This document shows, in pieces, positions 19,968 to 30,883 of a stretch of 64,000 nucleotides of DNA (positions are counted from its first letter, which is position 1; each line of letters opens with the position of its first letter). The notes under the pieces were generated by a model. That model saw only the letters and a list, made by a program, of their open reading frames with translations, ran no database searches and was not told the origin of the DNA. Source of the stretch: Candidatus Moranbacteria bacterium UBA1362 (GTDB lineage Bacteria > Patescibacteriota > Minisyncoccia > Moranbacterales > GWC2-37-73). A program made the position numbers and the translations under genes. The stretch spans positions 8,133-72,132 of the forward strand of contig DBRS01000004.1 of NCBI GenBank assembly GCA_002306085.1, read 5' to 3'.

Positions 19968-21758
19968 ATGAACAACATTAGAAACTTTTGTATAATTGCG
20001 CATATTGATCACGGTAAGTCGACATTGTCTGACCGTATTTTGGAATTCACGCAAACGGTTGAAAAAAGAAGGATGAAAGAGCAGATTTTGGATCAGATGG
20101 ATTTGGAAAGGGAAAGGGGAATTACGATAAAATTACAGCCGGTCAGAATGGTACATTTTTTGAACGGCGAAGAATACGTTTTAAATTTAATTGATACTCC
20201 CGGGCATGTGGATTTTGGATATGAAGTTTCAAGATCTCTTGCCGCCGTCGAAGGAGCCGTCCTTTTAGTTGATGCTACCAAGGGGGTCCAGGCACAAACT
20301 CTTTCAAATTTGTATTTGGCAATCGAGCAAGGCCTTGAGATTATTCCAGTCGTGAACAAAGTAGACCTTCCGAACGCCAATGTGGAAAAAACAAAAAAAG
20401 AAATAATACATATCCTGGGATGCAAAGAGGAAGAAATCTTGGAAGCTTCCGGCAAGACCGGCCAGGGAGTGGAAAAAATACTTGAAGCGATCGTAAAAAA
20501 AATTCCGGCTCCGAGGGGCGAGGCGGGGAAGCCTTTGAGGGCGCTTATTTTTGATTCCAAATACGACACTTATAAAGGTGTCGTGGCGTATGTGCGTATC
20601 GTGGACGGTCATGTGCGAAGAGACGATGAGGTGATGATGATGGCGAATAAAAAAGAAAGTACCGTTGTTGAAGTGGGATATTTCAATCCCAGTTTTCGAC
20701 CCGGCGAATCTTTAAAGTCAGGAGAGATAGGTTATATCGCCACAGGTCTCAAGAGTGTCGAACATTGCCGGGTAGGCGATACGATAACAGTGAAAAATTC
20801 CAAAACTCCCGTCGAAAGACTCCCGGGATATAAAGAGGTGCGTCCCATGGTATACGCGGGATTATATCCCATTGAGGGAGACGCATATAATCTTATGCGG
20901 GATGCTTTGGAAAAACTAAAATTGAATGATGCAGCTTTCGTTTTTGAACCGGAAAGTAACGCGGCTCTCGGCAAAGGCTTCCGCTGCGGATTTCTGGGAT
21001 TGCTGCATCTTGAAATCGTAAAAGAAAGACTGGAAAGAGAGTTTAATTTTTCTCCCACAATAACCACTCCAAGCGTCGTTTATGAAATAAAAATGAGAGG
21101 AAGCAATGAAAAAAGAAAGATATATTCAGCATCGCAGATGCCGGACCCATCGACTTTGGAAGAAATCTCGGAGCCTTTTGTTAAATTAGACATACTCACC
21201 CCCTCGAAGTATCTCGGTGGAATAATGGAACTTATGAGTTCATTAAGATCTGTGTATCTGAACACGGAATATATTGATCTCGAAAGGATATTGCTCACAT
21301 TTGAAGTTCCTCTTACTGATATTATCGTGAATTTTCATGATGATCTTAAAAGTGTCTCGTCGGGATATGCTTCGATGAGCTACGAGCTTATAGGTTACAG
21401 AAATTCGGACTTGGTGAAGCTCGATATACTGCTCGCCGGGGAAGCAGTTGAATCTCTTGGGAGGATCGTGCCAAAAGAGAATGCCTACGCCGAAGGAAAA
21501 AGAATTGTTGAGAAACTCAAAGATGCCATTCCGAGGCAGAGCTTTGCTATTCCTATTCAGGCGGCGATCGGCGGAAAAATTATCGCGCGCGAAACGATCA
21601 AACCTTTCAGAAAAGATGTTATCGCAAAATTATATGGAGGGGATGTCACGAGGAAAAATAAGCTGCTGAACAAACAAAAGAAAGGAAAAAAGAAAATGAA
21701 GAATATCGGCAAGGTGCAGGTTCCGTCAGAAGCGTATCTTGCGGTGCTGAAACGGTAA
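19968..21758 (+). CDS. lepA: Elongation factor 4
   Basis: IAHIDHGKSTL, DTPGHVDF, GFRCGFLGLLH, KLYGGDVTRK motifs. Confidence 0.99.
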   Translation: MNNIRNFCIIAHIDHGKSTLSDRILEFTQTVEKRRMKEQILDQMDLERERGITIKLQPVRMVHFLNGEEYVLNLIDTPGHVDFGYEVSRSLAAVEGAVLLVDATKGVQAQTLSNLYLAIEQGLEIIPVVNKVDLPNANVEKTKKEIIHILGCKEEEILEASGKTGQGVEKILEAIVKKIPAPRGEAGKPLRALIFDSKYDTYKGVVAYVRIVDGHVRRDDEVMMMANKKESTVVEVGYFNPSFRPGESLKSGEIGYIATGLKSVEHCRVGDTITVKNSKTPVERLPGYKEVRPMVYAGLYPIEGDAYNLMRDALEKLKLNDAAFVFEPESNAALGKGFRCGFLGLLHLEIVKERLEREFNFSPTITTPSVVYEIKMRGSNEKRKIYSASQMPDPSTLEEISEPFVKLDILTPSKYLGGIMELMSSLRSVYLNTEYIDLERILLTFEVPLTDIIVNFHDDLKSVSSGYASMSYELIGYRNSDLVKLDILLAGEAVESLGRIVPKENAYAEGKRIVEKLKDAIPRQSFAIPIQAAIGGKIIARETIKPFRKDVIAKLYGGDVTRKNKLLNKQKKGKKKMKNIGKVQVPSEAYLAVLKR

Positions 21759-21921
21759 AAATACGAAAGAAACTCCGATTCGTAATGGTGTTTGTGAGGC
21801 TGTTTTAACAGTTTTTATGCGCTAGTGCGCAGAAACAGCGCAGAAGAATTATTGAAGAAAACGAAAGAATATTTTCGGCTTATGACTTGTTGGAAAGGAT
21901 TAAATTTGTTAAAATGTTCCT

Positions 21922-22035
21922 ATGAATTACAAAAAAAGAAAAAAAGGTGCATACATTGTGTGGATAATAATTTCTATATTGGCCGTCATTTCGATGATAG
22001 GGTTTCTGTTTGCTCCTCTTATGAGCATGCAATAA
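21922..22035 (+). CDS. Small single-TM protein, 37 aa, absent from the ORF track
   Basis: MNYKKRKKGAYIVWIIISILAVISMIGFLFAPLMSMQ: basic N-terminus plus TM helix. Confidence 0.6.
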   Translation: MNYKKRKKGAYIVWIIISILAVISMIGFLFAPLMSMQ

Positions 22036-22144
22036 GGAATAGCAATGTTTTCAAAAAAACTTGCGGAAGCTTCAAGTGTACGATTATCTGAAATCCATAG
22101 CATGTGTTGTCGCCAATTGGAGTTGCCCAAGTTCTCTTCAGACG

Positions 22145-22528
22145 ATGAAAACAAAATATTCATTAATGGTGATTCTTTTTGCAATCGGGATAATTCTGGC
22201 AGTCGTGATATCGTCAAGCGCCATAAGACAGGCATATAGAAGCAAAAAGATTGAAAGCGAAGTAAATGCGCTTCAGGAAGAGGCGCGCAGGATTCAAAGC
22301 GAGAATGAAAGAATTTCCCAGCGGATCAGCTACTACAGTACTCCTCATTTTATAGAAAAAGTTTCCAAGGATAAGATAAGTCTTCAAAAACCTGATGAGA
22401 ACGTTATTATTGTAAGCCAAAGGCAAATTGCAGAAAGTGAGGATGCAAGCGAGAAAAAAGAAGAAAATCTGCCAGCTGAACAGCCGAATTTGCCGAATTA
22501 CATAAAATGGTGGAGATTATTTTTTTAG
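22145..22528 (+). CDS. Septum formation initiator (FtsB/DivIC-like)
   Basis: TM helix, coiled coil, IEK.SKDK.SLQKPDE pattern. Confidence 0.8.
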   Translation: MKTKYSLMVILFAIGIILAVVISSSAIRQAYRSKKIESEVNALQEEARRIQSENERISQRISYYSTPHFIEKVSKDKISLQKPDENVIIVSQRQIAESEDASEKKEENLPAEQPNLPNYIKWWRLFF

Positions 22529-22537
22529 AAAATAAAT

Positions 22538-23596
22538 ATGTCTGACTCTGACAATGAGAAGAAAATAAAATTGTCCACTCTTGTTTATGCGATGCTGACC
22601 GTATTGTTTGTTATTATTGCGATTATAAGTACGCTTGCCTATGGAACAAATACTGAAATTGGTAAAAGGATATATTTGAAAATATCAAAAATCGTGCCAA
22701 TACCGGCTGCTGTTATAGGCTGGAATGATTTCGTTCTGCTGAGTGACGTGCGCAGCAATCTCGCATCTGTTGAAAAATTCTATAAAGTCAACGATTTTTC
22801 GCAGGAAGGATTAAGGGTGGATTTTTCGACTGAAAGCGGTAAAAAGCGACTGAAAATAAAAGAAAGAGAAATTCTGGAAAAGCTTATTGAAGATAAAGTG
22901 ATAAAAATTTTGGCACAAAAAAGAGGCATATCGATTTCCGAAAAAGATATTGATAAAATGGTTGAGAACAAGCTTGAAGAATTGGGAACGGCAAGCGATT
23001 TAGAGAAAGATCTTGCAAACACGTATGGATGGAACATGGAAGATTTCAAAAAAAACGTGGTGATTCCAACGGCCTATAAAGACGCTTTAATGCAATACGT
23101 GTTGCTCGGCGAACTCGACAATTCTAGCGCAAAAGAAAAAGCGAACGAAGCGCGTAAGGAACTGGAAAGCGGAAAAGATTTTGCGGAGGTTGTTGACAAG
23201 TTTTCAGAGGGAGATTCAAAGAAAAAAGGCGGTGAGTTGGGATGGGTAAAAAAAGAACAGATGATTCAGGAGCTTCAGGAAGCGTTGTTTGACGAAGAAA
23301 GATATGGCAATAACGAGGTGATTGAAAGTTCGATAGGATTTCATATTGTCAGAATTGAGGAAAAAAAGAAGGAAGGAGAGGAAAGCGTACTAAGGTTAAA
23401 GCAGATATTTGTTGCGAAAAAAACATTTGCTGATTGGCTGAAGGATTCGAAAAAATCGATCAGCATATTAATCCCCTTAAAAGATTTCAGGTGGAACTCG
23501 GATAGGGCAGTTGTTGAGTTTAGAAGTGAAAAGATGCAAAAATTTGAAGCAGAAGAAAGATTGAAAGCACAAGGAGATGCGTCGATAATGTTTTAA
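22538..23596 (+). CDS. SurA/PrsA-like parvulin peptidyl-prolyl isomerase
   Basis: N-terminal TM, SurA-like N domain, DFAEV..FSE..SKKKGGELGW, IESSIGFHIV. Confidence 0.88.
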   Translation: MSDSDNEKKIKLSTLVYAMLTVLFVIIAIISTLAYGTNTEIGKRIYLKISKIVPIPAAVIGWNDFVLLSDVRSNLASVEKFYKVNDFSQEGLRVDFSTESGKKRLKIKEREILEKLIEDKVIKILAQKRGISISEKDIDKMVENKLEELGTASDLEKDLANTYGWNMEDFKKNVVIPTAYKDALMQYVLLGELDNSSAKEKANEARKELESGKDFAEVVDKFSEGDSKKKGGELGWVKKEQMIQELQEALFDEERYGNNEVIESSIGFHIVRIEEKKKEGEESVLRLKQIFVAKKTFADWLKDSKKSISILIPLKDFRWNSDRAVVEFRSEKMQKFEAEERLKAQGDASIMF

Positions 23597-23699
23597 ACAT
23601 TAAACCCAAATTCATTAATCAAGTAAATAATCAAAATGTCATGTATCAATTGATCGACATTTTGTTTTTGAAACATAATTAATAATTAAATAAAAAATT

Positions 23700-23879
23700 A
23701 TGCCAAAACCAGTAGTAAACAAAGAATTGTGTATCGGATGCGGAACTTGTGAATCTTTGTGTCCGAATGTGTTTCAAATCAAAGACGGTAAATCGGAGGT
23801 TATAAGTGAAGAATGCGGTGATTGCAATTGCCAAGAAGTGGCAGAAAGTTGTCCTGTCAATGCGATTTCCGTGCAATAA
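23700..23879 (+). CDS. Ferredoxin, 59 aa, absent from the ORF track
   Basis: MPKPVVNKELCIGCGTCESLCPNVF...AESCPVNAISVQ; CxxCxxCxxxCP and a C-terminal CP. Confidence 0.93.
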   Translation: MPKPVVNKELCIGCGTCESLCPNVFQIKDGKSEVISEECGDCNCQEVAESCPVNAISVQ

Positions 23880-23958
23880 TGCATTTATTTGTTTTGTATA
23901 AATTTAAAGGTAGTGTTCTGAAGGCTACGCAAGAGAAGCTTTTTTGCGGCGCCTCAAC

Positions 23959-25326
23959 ATGATGAATATTATGCAACTAAATAATGAAAAAGATTTTGTC
24001 AAAAATCTGAGCAATAGCGGCAAAGATAATTTGCCGTCCAAAACGGAAGAAACAAAGAAAAAGAAAAAAAATGAAAAAGGGCGGGGGTATTTTTTAAACA
24101 ACACTGTCATCACCGTCATCATTTTAATGTCTATTGCTATTTCTTCACTATTTGGTGCTGTTTTTGGCTTTATGTCTGGGGGAATGGCAAGCGCTTTTTC
24201 TGCGAAGTTTGGAGCCAAATTGAGTAAATACATCCCGATTATGGAATCGGAAAACGTTGATAAAAAAATCAACAAACAACAGATTATTATCGAAGATTCT
24301 GAAATTATAGAAGTGGTTGAAAAATCTTCTCCCGCAGTTGTCAGCATAAACATATCAAAAAACATTCCGAGTTACAGAAATTATTTCAATAATCCTGAGG
24401 ATTTGTTTTACCAATTCTTTGGATATGACGTGCAAACACCAGGCGACGGAGATGAGGAGCAAAAAGTTGGAGGCGGAAGCGGCTTTTTCATAAGTTCCGA
24501 CGGAATGATTTTGACAAACAGGCATGTTGTTGAAGATCAAAATGCCAATTATACTGTGGTCACGAACGACGGCAAGCAATATAAAGCCACAGTTCTGGCG
24601 CGCGATCCTGTAAGGGATGCTGCTGTCATAAAAATAGAAGGCACTGGTTTCCCGACGCTTCCTTTGGGTGATTCCGACTCGCTGAAGATAGGTCAAACAA
24701 CCATAGCCATAGGCAATTCATTGGGAGAATTTGCGAATTCCGTTAGTCGCGGGATCGTTTCAGGACTTAAGAGGAACCTGAGCGCCGGATCTGGTTTCGG
24801 AACTTCGGAACGTCTTACTGATATAATCCAAACGGATGCCGCAATTAATCCTGGAAATTCAGGAGGACCTCTTTTGGATATCGAGGGGAAAGTTATCGGA
24901 GTCAATGTGGCAATAGCCCAGGGCGCGCAAAATGTAGGCTTTGCTTTGCCGATCAATCAGGCAAAAAGGGTGATAGAACAGGCGAAAAGCGGGAAAAAAA
25001 TAGCCATTCCGTTTCTGGGAGTAAGATATGTTATCGTAAATTCGTCCGTGCAAAAAGAAGCGCAGCTGCCTTTTGACTACGGAGCGCTTGTTTTGAGGGG
25101 AAATAAATTAACAGAGCTGGCCGTTGTTCCGGGTTCTCCGGCCGATAAAGCTGGTATTGTTGAAAATGACATAATCCTGGAAGTCGAAGGTGAAAAACTT
25201 GATCAGGACAACCAGCTTGGCGATATTATCTCCAGATATAATGTGGGAGACGAGATAACCTTGAAGGTTTGGCACAAAGGAGAAATCAAGACTGTGAAAG
25301 TGACATTGCAGGAATTAAAGAATTGA
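23959..25326 (+). CDS. HtrA/DegP-family serine protease with PDZ domain
   Basis: TNRHVV, DAAVIK and QTDAAINPGNSGGPL give an intact triad; exact start uncertain. Confidence 0.95.
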   Translation: MMNIMQLNNEKDFVKNLSNSGKDNLPSKTEETKKKKKNEKGRGYFLNNTVITVIILMSIAISSLFGAVFGFMSGGMASAFSAKFGAKLSKYIPIMESENVDKKINKQQIIIEDSEIIEVVEKSSPAVVSINISKNIPSYRNYFNNPEDLFYQFFGYDVQTPGDGDEEQKVGGGSGFFISSDGMILTNRHVVEDQNANYTVVTNDGKQYKATVLARDPVRDAAVIKIEGTGFPTLPLGDSDSLKIGQTTIAIGNSLGEFANSVSRGIVSGLKRNLSAGSGFGTSERLTDIIQTDAAINPGNSGGPLLDIEGKVIGVNVAIAQGAQNVGFALPINQAKRVIEQAKSGKKIAIPFLGVRYVIVNSSVQKEAQLPFDYGALVLRGNKLTELAVVPGSPADKAGIVENDIILEVEGEKLDQDNQLGDIISRYNVGDEITLKVWHKGEIKTVKVTLQELKN

Positions 25327-25441
25327 CATCAGTTGCGCATAACTCTTGTATGTGTCGTGTAATCTCGCACTCTTGACGTAGTGCGGCTCAGAGCTTATCT
25401 TAAAATGCATACCGTGTTTGTGAGCGCTTTGTGTTTAAATT

Positions 25442-28084
25442 ATGGATATTAACCGATTTACAACCAAAAGTCAGGAAGCATTAAGAAAATCCCAAGAACT
25501 TGCACTTTCTTTGAATCAACAGCAGGTGGATGTTTTTCACTTGTTGTTTTCCCTCATCAACCAGGACGGTTCCATCGTTCCTGTTATCATACGAAAGATA
25601 GGGGTAAACATGGAGAAACTAAAAAATGAATCTATCAAAGAGGCGCAAAAGTATCCGAAATCTGTCGTGGGCTCTTTGGGTCAAATTTTCGTGACTCCGT
25701 CGTTGGTACAGGTGCTCGAGCAGGCAGAAAAAGAAATGTCTGCTGTTGGAGACGATTTTGTTTCGACGGAACATCTTCTGCTGGCCATGCTTTCGATAAA
25801 TACTGCGGCCAAAAAAATGTTCGAAATAAATGGCGTTAATTATGATATAGTTCTACAGATACTTTCGGAACTTCGCGGATCGCAACGGGTTGATTCTCCT
25901 GAACCGGAGGGAAAATTTCAGGTAATAGAAAGATATACTATCAATCTTACGAATTTGGCTCGCCAGGACAAGCTGGATCCGGTAATAGGCCGCGATGAGG
26001 AAATAAGAAGAGTTATGCAGGTTCTGAGCAGACGCACAAAAAATAATCCGGTGCTGATCGGAGAAGCCGGAACTGGCAAGACTGCAATTGTGGAAGGGCT
26101 TGCTCAAAGAATTGTTTCGGGAGATGTTCCTGAAACGCTGAAGGATAAAGAACTTATTTCACTGGATCTTGGATCTTTGCTGGCAGGCGCGAAATTTCGC
26201 GGAGAGTTTGAGGACAGGCTGAAAGCGATAATAAAAGAAACGGAACATGCATCTGGAAAATACATATTATTTATAGATGAACTTCATACTTTGGTCGGCG
26301 CCGGTGCCACTGAGGGATCTCTTGACGCTTCCAATATGCTGAAACCGGCTCTTGCAAGGGGAAAATTGAGAACAATTGGGGCCACGACTACCAGGGAGTA
26401 CCAAAAGCACATCGAGAAAGACGCAGCGCTTGAAAGACGTTTTCAGCCGGTTTTAATCAGTGAACCTTCTGTTCAGGACACTATTGCAATTTTACGCGGG
26501 ATTAAAGAGCGCTATGAATTGCATCACGGAGTAAAAATAACCGATGATGCTCTTCAGGCCGCAGTAAAACTTTCTTCAAGATATATCACTGACAGATTCT
26601 TGCCGGATAAGGCGGTTGATCTTATTGACGAGGCTGCGTCGGCGCTTCGGATACAGATAGACTCGATGCCTATAGAGATAGATCAGATGCAGCGTAAAAT
26701 TCATCAGCTTGAAATTGAAAAGAAAGCTATCAGCAAAGACAAATCGAAAAATATGCGCAAAAAAATTGCGCAAATCAATAAACAACTTGCCGAGCTCAAG
26801 GAAAAATCGAACAGTTTGACGTTGCAATGGAAAACCGAAAGGGATCTTATTGCGGCAAGTCGCAAACATAAGAAAGAGATAGATAAACTGAAATCAGAAG
26901 CGGAACAGGCGGACCGCAGGGGAGAGCTTGATAAGGTTGCGGAAATACGCTATGGGAAAATTCCGATACTTGAGAAAAAAATCGCAGAAGAAGAAAAAAA
27001 GCTGACAAAAATCCAGAAAGAAAATTCAATCTTAAAAGAAGAAGTCACTGAAGAAGATATAGCAAAAGTCGTTTCGCGATGGACTGGCATTCCTGTTTCC
27101 AAAATGCTGGAAAGCGAGCAAGACAAGCTGGCGCACATGGAAAAGGAGCTAAATAAATATGTCATCGGACAAGAAGAAGCCATCACTTCGGTTTCGAACG
27201 CAATACGTCGTTCGCGAGCGGGAATTTCGGAAGAGAATCGTCCTATAGGATCGTTTATTTTTCTCGGGCCCACGGGCGTGGGAAAAACGGAACTGGCCAA
27301 AACTTTGGCGAATTTTCTCTTTAACGATCCGAAGTCGCTTATTCGCCTGGACATGAGCGAATATATGGAAGGACATTCGACCGCAAAAATCATCGGCTCT
27401 CCGCCTGGTTATGTCGGATATGAAGAGGGAGGCCAGCTTACGGAAATGGTTAGAAGAAGGCCGTATTGCGTAATCCTTTTTGATGAAATAGAAAAGGCTC
27501 ATCCGCAGGTGTTCAATATTCTTTTGCAAGTCTTGGATGACGGAAGACTTACTGATGCCAAGGGACGTGTAGTAAATTTTAAGAATACTGTTATAATAAT
27601 GACATCCAACGTGGGGTCCGATATTATAAACAAAATGCGGACATTCGGATTTCAGGGAGAGCGCAGGGAAGACACGGTAAGTGAAAGCGAGATGCGAAGC
27701 AGAGTTTTGTCGAGTCTGCGCGAGCAATTTAAGCCGGAATTTCTGAATAGAATTGATGATACCATAATCTTTCACCCCCTTACCAAAAACATATTGAGAA
27801 AGATTGTTGATATTCAAATTAATTCAGTTCAAAAACGCCTTTCGGAAAGAAACATCAAGCTTCGGATTTCGAATGATGTGAAATCCTATCTGGCGGAAAG
27901 AGGCTACGATCCAACCTATGGAGCAAGGCCGCTCAAAAGGATGGTGCAAAATGAAATTTCAGACAAGCTTGCCCTGGAAATACTTGAGAAAAAAATCACG
28001 GATGGAGATATCATGAATGTTCGTCTGGATCACGGAAGAATTGCATTTGAAAAAGCGCCCAAAATAATTCGAGGTCATATTTAA
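25442..28084 (+). CDS. clpB: Disaggregase ClpB
   Basis: Two AAA+ modules ([16 protein letters not shown]), long coiled-coil M domain, GARPLKR. Confidence 0.97.
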   Translation: MDINRFTTKSQEALRKSQELALSLNQQQVDVFHLLFSLINQDGSIVPVIIRKIGVNMEKLKNESIKEAQKYPKSVVGSLGQIFVTPSLVQVLEQAEKEMSAVGDDFVSTEHLLLAMLSINTAAKKMFEINGVNYDIVLQILSELRGSQRVDSPEPEGKFQVIERYTINLTNLARQDKLDPVIGRDEEIRRVMQVLSRRTKNNPVLIGEAGTGKTAIVEGLAQRIVSGDVPETLKDKELISLDLGSLLAGAKFRGEFEDRLKAIIKETEHASGKYILFIDELHTLVGAGATEGSLDASNMLKPALARGKLRTIGATTTREYQKHIEKDAALERRFQPVLISEPSVQDTIAILRGIKERYELHHGVKITDDALQAAVKLSSRYITDRFLPDKAVDLIDEAASALRIQIDSMPIEIDQMQRKIHQLEIEKKAISKDKSKNMRKKIAQINKQLAELKEKSNSLTLQWKTERDLIAASRKHKKEIDKLKSEAEQADRRGELDKVAEIRYGKIPILEKKIAEEEKKLTKIQKENSILKEEVTEEDIAKVVSRWTGIPVSKMLESEQDKLAHMEKELNKYVIGQEEAITSVSNAIRRSRAGISEENRPIGSFIFLGPTGVGKTELAKTLANFLFNDPKSLIRLDMSEYMEGHSTAKIIGSPPGYVGYEEGGQLTEMVRRRPYCVILFDEIEKAHPQVFNILLQVLDDGRLTDAKGRVVNFKNTVIIMTSNVGSDIINKMRTFGFQGERREDTVSESEMRSRVLSSLREQFKPEFLNRIDDTIIFHPLTKNILRKIVDIQINSVQKRLSERNIKLRISNDVKSYLAERGYDPTYGARPLKRMVQNEISDKLALEILEKKITDGDIMNVRLDHGRIAFEKAPKIIRGHI

Positions 28085-28100
28085 TTTTTCATTAAGATAA

Positions 28101-28877
28101 ATGTTTTTTCACATCCCGGTATTTTTTTATACCTTGGTATTTATTTTGATTATTGAGCTTTCAGCAACCGATTTGGTAGGTGGGTCATTTTCATTTTTTT
28201 TCTCAAGAGGAATTTCGGTTAAAATATTCATAGTTTCTTTGCTTTTTTTCTATTTTTTTAATGTCGCGCGTAAAATTTCACGAAAGGCGTCCATGGCAAT
28301 CATACCGATTTTGTTTGTTATCGCGGTAATGGGACTTTCATATTTCGTGCAGCCCGCAAAACAGCAGCAGCTCCTCATAGCTCTTAGCGCGTTCGCATAT
28401 TATTTTATCCATCTTGCGCTTTACAGATTACATATCTACGAAAAAGACAAAACGGCTCATAGCATCATTGCGTCCGGCGGCATGGCGACCATTTTTTTGA
28501 TATACTGCACCATGTTTGCCATATACCTTAATTACAACATTCCACTGTATATTCTGATGATTATCATGATGCTGATTACCACTCTGGTCAGCTATCAGTA
28601 CTTTTCCTTAATCAGGGAGGAAAAGAAGCGAGTATTTAATTTCAGCCTTGTTCTCGGTCTTATAATGGCTGAGATATCTTGGGCTCTTAACTTTTGGCCC
28701 TTCGGATACTTGACAACTGGCGTGATTGCTTTTATTTTTTATTATATGTTTTGGGATTTGGTTCAATGCCATTTTGCGGGAGAATTGTCAAAAAGGCGCG
28801 TGATTGCCAACATGATTTTCTTGGGTTTCATTGTCGGTTTGATATTGTCAACATCCCGTTGGTTGCCCGTGGTTTAA
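28101..28877 (+). CDS. Hypothetical polytopic membrane protein
   Basis: About eight or nine hydrophobic segments. Confidence 0.8.
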   Translation: MFFHIPVFFYTLVFILIIELSATDLVGGSFSFFFSRGISVKIFIVSLLFFYFFNVARKISRKASMAIIPILFVIAVMGLSYFVQPAKQQQLLIALSAFAYYFIHLALYRLHIYEKDKTAHSIIASGGMATIFLIYCTMFAIYLNYNIPLYILMIIMMLITTLVSYQYFSLIREEKKRVFNFSLVLGLIMAEISWALNFWPFGYLTTGVIAFIFYYMFWDLVQCHFAGELSKRRVIANMIFLGFIVGLILSTSRWLPVV

Positions 28878-28905
28878 TTAATTACAACGTAATAACACAG
28901 TACTC

Positions 28906-30075
28906 ATGAATGAGAACGCAAAAAATATAACTAGGCGTATTGCCAGAGGAATTTTTATTTTTTTTCTGATTTTTATAATTGGCGGACTTGGCGGTGTCTA
29001 TTTTGATCAAAAAGTGCTGCCCATGATCAGAACAAGCAAGCATCTTTCGCGCATAAATTTTTTGAAGCGAAGCGCGGAAAATGTCACAGTAATAAACAAG
29101 ACAGAGCAGGTTATCATCCAGGAGGACGATTCCGTGAACGAAATAGCCTCACAAGCTTCCAATACGGTCGTCAACATAATTTCAATTTCTTCGCAGAATT
29201 CTCCGGCAAGCGAGCAGGGAGTGCGTGAACAGAGCGGAACTGGCATGATAGCCACAAGCGACGGTTTGATTACCACTTACAGGACCGCGATAATTGAAGA
29301 CGGCGCTATATATAAGGTATTTTTATTCAATGGAAACAGCTATGATGCAAAACTTCTGGGAGTTGATGAGTTTTCCAATCTGGCATTTTTAAAGATTGAC
29401 ACGCCCAATTTGATGGCCATACCTTTTGGCGATTCTTCCGACGCGCGTCCCGGAAAAAAGCTTGTGGCAATTGGAAATTCATTTGGTGAATATCAGAACA
29501 GATATGCTTCAGGTCTTCTTAGCAGCATAGACAAAACTTTCAATTTGGCGGGAAAATCGGTTTCCTCTACTGAAAAATTGGAAAGTGTTTTTGAGGATGA
29601 TTTCAGCGACAGAAGAGAATATATCGGAGGTCCTGTCATAGGGCATAGCGGAGATCTGGTGGGAATAGTAGGAATGACCGTAATTGATGGCAAAGAGAAA
29701 TATTTTTTGATTCCGTCAAACGTTGTTAAAAATACTGTTGACTTTGTGCTGAAAAATGGTTTTGAAGCAAGACCCTTTTTCGGAGCTTATTATAAAACCA
29801 TTACGAAAGAGTTTTCCATGACGCACGGGCTTAATCGCGATCGCGGAGCGCTTATCTATTCTCCGTCAGGCAAACAGTCCCTAGCTTTCATTTCCGGATC
29901 GCCAGCCGAGATTGCCAGACTTAAAATAAACGACATTGTCACCATGGTTAATAATCAGGGGGTGAACCTCGACAATCCGCTTTCAAACCTCATTAATCAA
30001 TACAAGAAAGGAGACAAAATCGAACTCACGGTGGACAGAAACGGCGAAGAGATAAAAATTCCGGTGCAGCTGTAA
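28906..30075 (+). CDS. HtrA-like trypsin/PDZ protein lacking the catalytic triad
   Basis: Aligns by eye with 23959..25326, but TYRTAI, NLAFLK and YIGGP replace the His, Asp and Ser motifs. Confidence 0.85.
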   Translation: MNENAKNITRRIARGIFIFFLIFIIGGLGGVYFDQKVLPMIRTSKHLSRINFLKRSAENVTVINKTEQVIIQEDDSVNEIASQASNTVVNIISISSQNSPASEQGVREQSGTGMIATSDGLITTYRTAIIEDGAIYKVFLFNGNSYDAKLLGVDEFSNLAFLKIDTPNLMAIPFGDSSDARPGKKLVAIGNSFGEYQNRYASGLLSSIDKTFNLAGKSVSSTEKLESVFEDDFSDRREYIGGPVIGHSGDLVGIVGMTVIDGKEKYFLIPSNVVKNTVDFVLKNGFEARPFFGAYYKTITKEFSMTHGLNRDRGALIYSPSGKQSLAFISGSPAEIARLKINDIVTMVNNQGVNLDNPLSNLINQYKKGDKIELTVDRNGEEIKIPVQL

Positions 30076-30099
30076 ACTTGCATGAAAACCGAGATTTTC

Positions 30100-30127
30100 A
30101 AACTCGCTGAACAGGCGAGTTTTTTTC
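30100..30127 (+). terminator. Intrinsic terminator
   Basis: AAACTCGC-TGAACAG-GCGAGTTTTTTTT. Confidence 0.8.
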
Positions 30128-30189
30128 ATTTCTTTTGTAATAAGTATTGACAAACACAAGCAGCTTAAAAATATAAAAAAGGGGTAACC

Positions 30190-30756
30190 GTGACAAGAAC
30201 TTTTGTCATAATTTTGTTTGCATGTGCTTTTAGTTTTTTGGCGTAGTCATGCGATGACGACGACAATTGTGAATTCTGCGGCCTTGATGATTGCAGCGGG
30301 GATTGCGAAAGATCGGCAGAAATATCGTATGACTCCGAATCCAACGTGTTGACAGTTTTCTTCCCGACGGATAGCGAGGGAAACTTTGTGAATTTTGTGA
30401 AATATGGCGAGCCGGCAACGCTCGTAATTGATGAGTGTGATGAGTTTCCCCAGCCGAACCTTGAAAACGATTGCGAGGGAGGATGGCCGGAAGCTGATCC
30501 GAATGTTCCGGGTCTTCCGGGACATTTCCTCGATGAGAACACTGCCATATTTTATCTGGAAAAGGACGGCGGAATCGGGCTACCTGCGCTCATCAGCGAT
30601 GGAGTCATCTATAACGTCAATATTGACATGGTTGTTTCGACAGGAGGCCCGATCATAAAAAGCAAGGAGAATAGTGACGGCCTGCTCTACTGGGAAACTG
30701 CCCAAATTGATGGAAATATCAATCATGAATTTTTTTGTGACAAGGAAGATCACTGA
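30190..30756 (+). pseudogene. Acidic Cys-rich lipoprotein gene with in-frame TAG at 30244-30246
   Basis: GTG 30190 reads MTRTFVIILFACAFSFLA*SCDDDDNCEFC and is in frame with ORF 30346..30756. Confidence 0.7.
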
Positions 30757-30793
30757 AATTGTGACGGTGTGCAAAACACACCGTCTTTTAATA

Positions 30794-30822
30794 TTGACAT
30801 TTATTGAAATTTGGAGTATAAT
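30794..30822 (+). promoter_or_regulatory. Consensus sigma70 promoter
   Basis: TTGACA-17-TATAAT. Confidence 0.85.
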
Positions 30823-30883
30823 TAAGGGTTGGATCATTTACAAAAAAATAAATGGCTTTACCAAGCCAAAAGGGAGGGATAAC

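Noticed and set aside
25366-25385. CIRCE-like inverted repeat before clpB (CGCACT-N8-AGTGCG)
   Set aside because: The spacer is 3 nt too short and the TTAG/CTAA ends are missing.
30244-30246. Genome-wide stop-codon reassignment
   Set aside because: TAG, TGA and TAA all end other genes at expected positions.
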